This document shows, piece after piece, positions 60,134-64,000 of a DNA stretch of 64,000 bases. Positions within the stretch are counted from its first letter, which is position 1; each line of letters opens with the position of its first letter. Position numbers and translations under genes: made by a program. The stretch comes from Synechococcales cyanobacterium VAR_4_metabat_354. Lineage in GTDB: Bacteria; Cyanobacteriota; Cyanobacteriia; Cyanobacteriales; Chamaesiphonaceae. Under the pieces are notes generated by a model. The model was not told the DNA's origin. It ran no database searches and worked only from the letters and a program-made list of their open reading frames with translations. The stretch is from the NCBI GenBank assembly GCA_031414775.1, contig JANOQI010000024.1:64001-128000 (forward strand). The letters run 5' to 3'.

Positions 60134-60877
60134 CTAATCATCTGTTGATATATTATTTTCTATAAGTTCCATCTTTCTAATGATGGGATCAAAATCATCA
60201 CTAAATTTTGTTTGATGATTATAATAAGAATATTCAAGGCTTACTGTAGTAGGAGTCGGGAATTCTATATTCTGTAAATTAGCATCAGAAAAGTCAGCAC
60301 CTTCTGCATGAAAATGTGCAAAAGATGATTTTTGAAAATCAGCTCCGCGAAAATCAACATAAGAAAATTGACCAGATATATAAATTGATCTCAGATCGGC
60401 TCCAGTAAAGTTTGATGCTGTAAAGTCAGCTCCAGAAAAATTACTAAATTTTGCTTTTTCAGTAAGATCACTAAATTTTACACATATAAAATCAGAACCT
60501 CGACAAGAAGACTCTGACAATTTTATTCTTCTTAAGTCTGAATTCTTGAAATTACATTGATCGAGCCTACAACGAGATAAATTAGCTCCTTGTAAATTGC
60601 ATTCACTAAAATCAGTACCAGCTAAATCTACTTTAATTGACCGACTTGACCGACCAAAACTAACTGCTTTGAGGTTGGAACCCCGCAAAATAATGTTTTT
60701 AAGGTCAAGAAACAGTATTTCAGAATCAATAATATCTACTGTTGCCCCGCGTAAGTCAGAGCCGGAAAAATTCCGATGTCCCTCAGAATAGAGTTTAAGG
60801 AGAGCTTCAAGTGTTCTGACTGGCTTGGCTACTTGCTCGCCTGGATCAGAAATATTAGGCGGGTTTTCTGCGGTCAT
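60134..60877 (-). CDS. Pentapeptide repeat protein
   Basis: LLKLYSEGHRNF followed by (S/A)xLxx / xFxx repeats such as SDLRG, SNLKA, CNLQG, ANLSR, ADFTA, ADFQK, ANLQN. Confidence 0.85.
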   Translation of the reverse strand: MTAENPPNISDPGEQVAKPVRTLEALLKLYSEGHRNFSGSDLRGATVDIIDSEILFLDLKNIILRGSNLKAVSFGRSSRSIKVDLAGTDFSECNLQGANLSRCRLDQCNFKNSDLRRIKLSESSCRGSDFICVKFSDLTEKAKFSNFSGADFTASNFTGADLRSIYISGQFSYVDFRGADFQKSSFAHFHAEGADFSDANLQNIEFPTPTTVSLEYSYYNHQTKFSDDFDPIIRKMELIENNISTDD

Positions 60878-60984
60878 TAGCTTTGATGTGAATCAAAAAT
60901 CATAGGTAATTCATCTATATTCTAGAGTACCCAGATACGATCGATTTACTACACTTTTTAAATGATCGACGTAATCAAATAAAA

Positions 60985-61125
60985 CTAATCCCAATCATCC
61001 ACCGGTTCTTTTTCCCAATCACTCTTCGGTAAATATTGAGGCAATTTCAACTTAGGAAAACGATAAAAAGTATCACCATCATCATCCACCTCTGGCACCG
61101 CATCCAACACCCGCACCTGTCGATC
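60985..61125 (-). repeat. Direct repeat copy A: orphan 3' end (46 codons + stop) of the 61790-62137 gene
   Basis: 128/141 nt identical to 61790-61930; encodes the identical peptide DRQVRVLDAV...KEPVDDWD*; no start codon. Confidence 0.95.
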
Positions 61126-61202
61126 GAAATCATCTAAAATTGATAGTGACCGCTAAAAAGCTGAGATAATCAGGAATAGTCCCTAATGTTTGCTCGAAAT
61201 CA

Positions 61203-61547
61203 ATGGCCAAATTATCTACCGAAACTCTAGTAATGATTTTCTCTTTACTGCGCCAATTGGCAGAAGAAATAGAAGAAGCTTGTGCCATAGAATGGATATT
61301 TTTTGAGAGGTATGGAGAAACATCCAGAACGATCAGCGAATTAGAAGAATTACAAAATGCTAGAGAAAGACTCAATCAATCCTATGTTCGACTCAATACC
61401 TTACTACTGAAAATCCTGGAAGCACAGCCAACTGCTGCGAATGTTATGCTAGATTTGCTGGCTAAGGCGATCAATAGTGGGCAAGCGAATTTAGAAGCTG
61501 CCAATGCCAGTATTCAAGAGATTAGAAGAGGTTGGAATTTGTCATGA
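61203..61547 (+). CDS. Hypothetical alpha-helical protein (cargo gene 1)
   Basis: 114-aa ORF with amphipathic helices and ATG start; ATGA-coupled to the next ORF. Confidence 0.7.
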   Translation: MAKLSTETLVMIFSLLRQLAEEIEEACAIEWIFFERYGETSRTISELEELQNARERLNQSYVRLNTLLLKILEAQPTAANVMLDLLAKAINSGQANLEAANASIQEIRRGWNLS

Positions 61548-61732
61548 TCGATCAACACCCCTATCCTGATGCCGAAACCAAAAAAAATTGTCTTGATCGC
61601 CTACGAGAAAGTAATCGCCAATTAGAGCTATATAACTTGTTCTTAGATGATGCGATTGCTCAAGTGGACGCCGAACTGCGTCAACACAGACGTTCAAGAT
61701 TATTGCAGAAGGTAAAACCTACTGAATTTTGA
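61544..61732 (+). CDS. Small hypothetical coiled-coil protein (cargo gene 2)
   Basis: ATG at 61544 overlaps the upstream TGA (ATGA); 62 aa. Confidence 0.6.
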   Translation: MIDQHPYPDAETKKNCLDRLRESNRQLELYNLFLDDAIAQVDAELRQHRRSRLLQKVKPTEF

Positions 61733-61789
61733 TAGCTCTACTTGCACCAGAGGCGATCGATAGGTAAATACAATAATTGATCGAGCTAA

Positions 61790-61930
61790 TTAATCCCAAT
61801 CATCAACTGGCTCCTTTTCCCAATCACTCTTAGGTAAATATTGGGGCAACTTTAATTTAGGAAAACGATAAAAAGTATCACCGTCATCATCCACTTCTGG
61901 CACCGCATCCAACACTCGCACCTGTCGATC
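61790..61930 (-). repeat. Direct repeat copy B (current 3' end of the intact gene)
   Basis: Matches 60985-61125; homology ends at TCGATC. Confidence 0.95.
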
Positions 61931-62137
61931 AAGATATTCCTTAGCAATCTCTGCATCAACCTGCGCCGATGCCCCCAACTCAATCAGCGAAATCGTACTA
62001 TCATGCGACTGTAAAATTCGATAAAAAGCCTGATCTAACTGCTTTTGCTGACTTTGTTCGCGCAGCATTCGCGAGACATACACCGTCGCCCCACCACCCA
62101 GACCTAAAACCAACAGCAGTTGTATCAAAAATGCCAT
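61790..62137 (-). CDS. Small membrane-anchored hypothetical protein with winged-helix-like domain
   Basis: N-terminal TM helix; F..ILQ....ISLIEL...AQV....AKEYLD; EVDDDGDTFYRF; AAGGAAG RBS. Confidence 0.7.
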   Translation of the reverse strand: MAFLIQLLLVLGLGGGATVYVSRMLREQSQQKQLDQAFYRILQSHDSTISLIELGASAQVDAEIAKEYLDRQVRVLDAVPEVDDDGDTFYRFPKLKLPQYLPKSDWEKEPVDDWD

Positions 62138-62211
62138 GACGAGAACTTCCTTGCTTGCATGAAATCTGTAATTTCCTCTCTTCGATACAGAAGAGAGGAA
62201 TCGGAATCGAT

Positions 62212-63309
62212 CTACCCCGGCTTAACCAAATTCTCCAAGCCCTGAGTTACCTTAGCCGAAATCACGCTGTCATCAGCCGTCATTTTGTCCAAGACATCCT
62301 GGCCTTCTACCACATAACCAAACACTGCATAGCGGCCATCTAGCAAATTGCGGCCAGCAGGTGTTAGTTCTGGCTCAAACAAGAAGAAAAAGAACTGGGA
62401 AGAAGCTCCATCTGGCTCGGTTTCTGGTCTGGCCATTGCCAAGGTACCAAAAGAAGCAAAAGGCAAGACCGGCTCATCATTGTAGCGACCGGCATCTTCG
62501 AGGGTAATGCCATAGGTCGGTTTGGGGTCGCCTTTTGCCAAAACTTCTAAGGGGATGGCTCGGTATTTCTTAGTTTTAGGATCAATAAAACCTACTTCTT
62601 TCCCTGGCGGATCACCAACCTGCAACACATAGGAATCTTCAGCACGGGTAAAAGGCAGTTTGGTATAAAAGCCCCGCTGCACCAAGTCCACGAAATTGCC
62701 CGCTGTAACTGGCGCACTGTAGCCGTCTACTACTATTTTGACATCACCTTTGCTGGTGGTCATGGCGATTGTTGCCCGTCCTTTCAGTTGGGGCAGATTT
62801 TTGTATTCAGCTGGTACTTCATAGGGGAAGCCCTCGATCATTAATTCTTCTAGGTTACCAATTTGATCTAATACTGCTGCTTTTTTAGCTTGAATCTGTG
62901 ACCTGTCTTGGGCATCAGCAGCGGCTGTCATATCTGTGATGCTAGCGGCAATCTCACTGAGCAGGGTGGTTGCTGCCGCCTGATTCTTTTCTGGAACTGT
63001 TTTTAAAATATTGGCACTGCGGCTTTGTAATACCGAGCTAGCTTGTTTTATGTTACTACTGATTTTTTGCCAGCGCTTGCTGCGCAGCTGATTCGAGATA
63101 TCTTCTAAGCTGGTCTGCACTTTGCGGATATCGGGGCTGTCGATCGGCAAGGCATAACGCAAAATTGCCCGACCATCGGTAATCGCATTGCCCGCAGGCA
63201 ATAAACTCGCGCTTAAACTAACAGATAAAAAAGCGCAAAGACTAAGCGTCAAGACTGTCCGCAAGCCGCGCTGGAGGTAGTTAGTAATAAAAGTTTTGAT
63301 AAAACTCAT
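62212..63309 (-). CDS. Thylakoid lumen cyclophilin-type PPIase (TLP40/CYP38-like)
   Basis: Signal peptide, LPAGNAITD..AILRYALPID, LPQLKGRATI, DGYSAPVTAGNFVDLV, SSQFFFFL, LDGRYAVFGYV. Confidence 0.9.
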   Translation of the reverse strand: MSFIKTFITNYLQRGLRTVLTLSLCAFLSVSLSASLLPAGNAITDGRAILRYALPIDSPDIRKVQTSLEDISNQLRSKRWQKISSNIKQASSVLQSRSANILKTVPEKNQAAATTLLSEIAASITDMTAAADAQDRSQIQAKKAAVLDQIGNLEELMIEGFPYEVPAEYKNLPQLKGRATIAMTTSKGDVKIVVDGYSAPVTAGNFVDLVQRGFYTKLPFTRAEDSYVLQVGDPPGKEVGFIDPKTKKYRAIPLEVLAKGDPKPTYGITLEDAGRYNDEPVLPFASFGTLAMARPETEPDGASSQFFFFLFEPELTPAGRNLLDGRYAVFGYVVEGQDVLDKMTADDSVISAKVTQGLENLVKPG

Positions 63310-63456
63310 AGGATAAATGTCGCTGAAGGCTAGGCAAGAGCGGCCACTGCCAAATCTCTGCCTTCTTAATCTTGCCATAGTCCGGCTGGTTAATTGACTG
63401 AGAACTTCCCACAGCCTGATAAAATTAAATGCTGACTATATTCCCACAACAAACTC

Positions 63457-64000
63457 ATGATTTCCAGTAATGATTTTCGGCCTGGCGTTTCGATCGAGTG
63501 GAATGGTGGCGTATGGCGGGTAGTGGAATTCTTGCACGTTAAACCTGGTAAGGGAGCTGCCTTCGTTCGCACCAAGCTCAAAAATGCTCAATCGGGCAAC
63601 ACCGTCGAACACACTTTTCGGGCTGGTGAAAGCATGCCCCAGGCCAATTTAGAAAAAAGTGCCATGCAGCACACCTACAAAGAAGCCGATCAATTTGTAT
63701 TCATGGATATGGAGTCCTTTGAGGAATCCACGCTTACTGAAAAACAGATCGGCGATCGAGTGAAATATCTCAAAGAAGGGATGGAAGTCAACGTTGTCCG
63801 GTGGGGCGAGCAAATCCTAGAAGTAGAACTGCCCAACGCTGTCGTTCTCGAAATCACTCAAACCGATCCTGGGATGAAAGGCGACACTGCTACTGGTGGT
63901 AGCAAACCAGCTATTCTAGAAACTGGTGCCCAAATTATGGTGCCGCTGTTTATCACGATTGGTGAGAAAATTAAGATCGACACTCGGACAGATACCTATC
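63457..64000 (+). CDS. efp: Elongation factor P (3' end outside window)
   Basis: [10 protein letters not shown]...[21 protein letters not shown]...[21 protein letters not shown]; open to the window edge, so absent from the ORF track. Confidence 0.96.
   Translation, partial: MISSNDFRPGVSIEWNGGVWRVVEFLHVKPGKGAAFVRTKLKNAQSGNTVEHTFRAGESMPQANLEKSAMQHTYKEADQFVFMDMESFEESTLTEKQIGDRVKYLKEGMEVNVVRWGEQILEVELPNAVVLEITQTDPGMKGDTATGGSKPAILETGAQIMVPLFITIGEKIKIDTRTDTY

Noticed and set aside
97..63581. Many 60-157 aa ORFs antisense or out of frame within larger genes (e.g. 52329-52802, 33961-34329, 61130-61375, 63390-63581)
   Set aside because: Shadow ORFs over well-supported genes, with no motifs or RBS
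1..64000. CRISPR array, tRNA/rRNA, integrase or transposase
   Set aside because: No regularly spaced repeats, cloverleaf signatures or recombinase motifs seen by eye; a covariance-model scan would be needed to exclude small RNAs

Overview
A gene-dense stretch of a cyanobacterial chromosome. Evidence: NDH-1 ndhF1/ndhF3/ndhD3, cupA/cupS, sqdX, trxC, a TLP40-type cyclophilin and very abundant HIP1-type CGATCG palindromes. Most genes are housekeeping, from a partial sigA at the left edge to a partial efp at the right edge. Accessory blocks: (i) a dCMP deaminase / dut / tandem-domain thyX module joined to an AT-richer Wzx/Wzy polysaccharide cluster (~14.7-29.1 kb); (ii) an LRAT-family gene facing an AT-rich acyl-ACP-reductase-like gene (~44-46 kb); (iii) a high-affinity CO2-uptake operon with a Tat-signal beta-carbonic anhydrase between ndhF3 and ndhD3, preceded by several NdhR/CcmR-like boxes and followed by a decayed ktrA/trkA fragment (~48.5-54.9 kb); (iv) an insertion hotspot at ~59.1-62.1 kb. 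In the hotspot, the 3' 141 bp of a small gene is duplicated with 13 differences, all synonymous, around a two-gene cargo, with the junction at a HIP1-core site and a pentapeptide-repeat + NucS-like nuclease pair next door. No tRNA, rRNA, CRISPR array, integrase or transposase was seen. All calls come from reading motifs by eye; no database searches were run.
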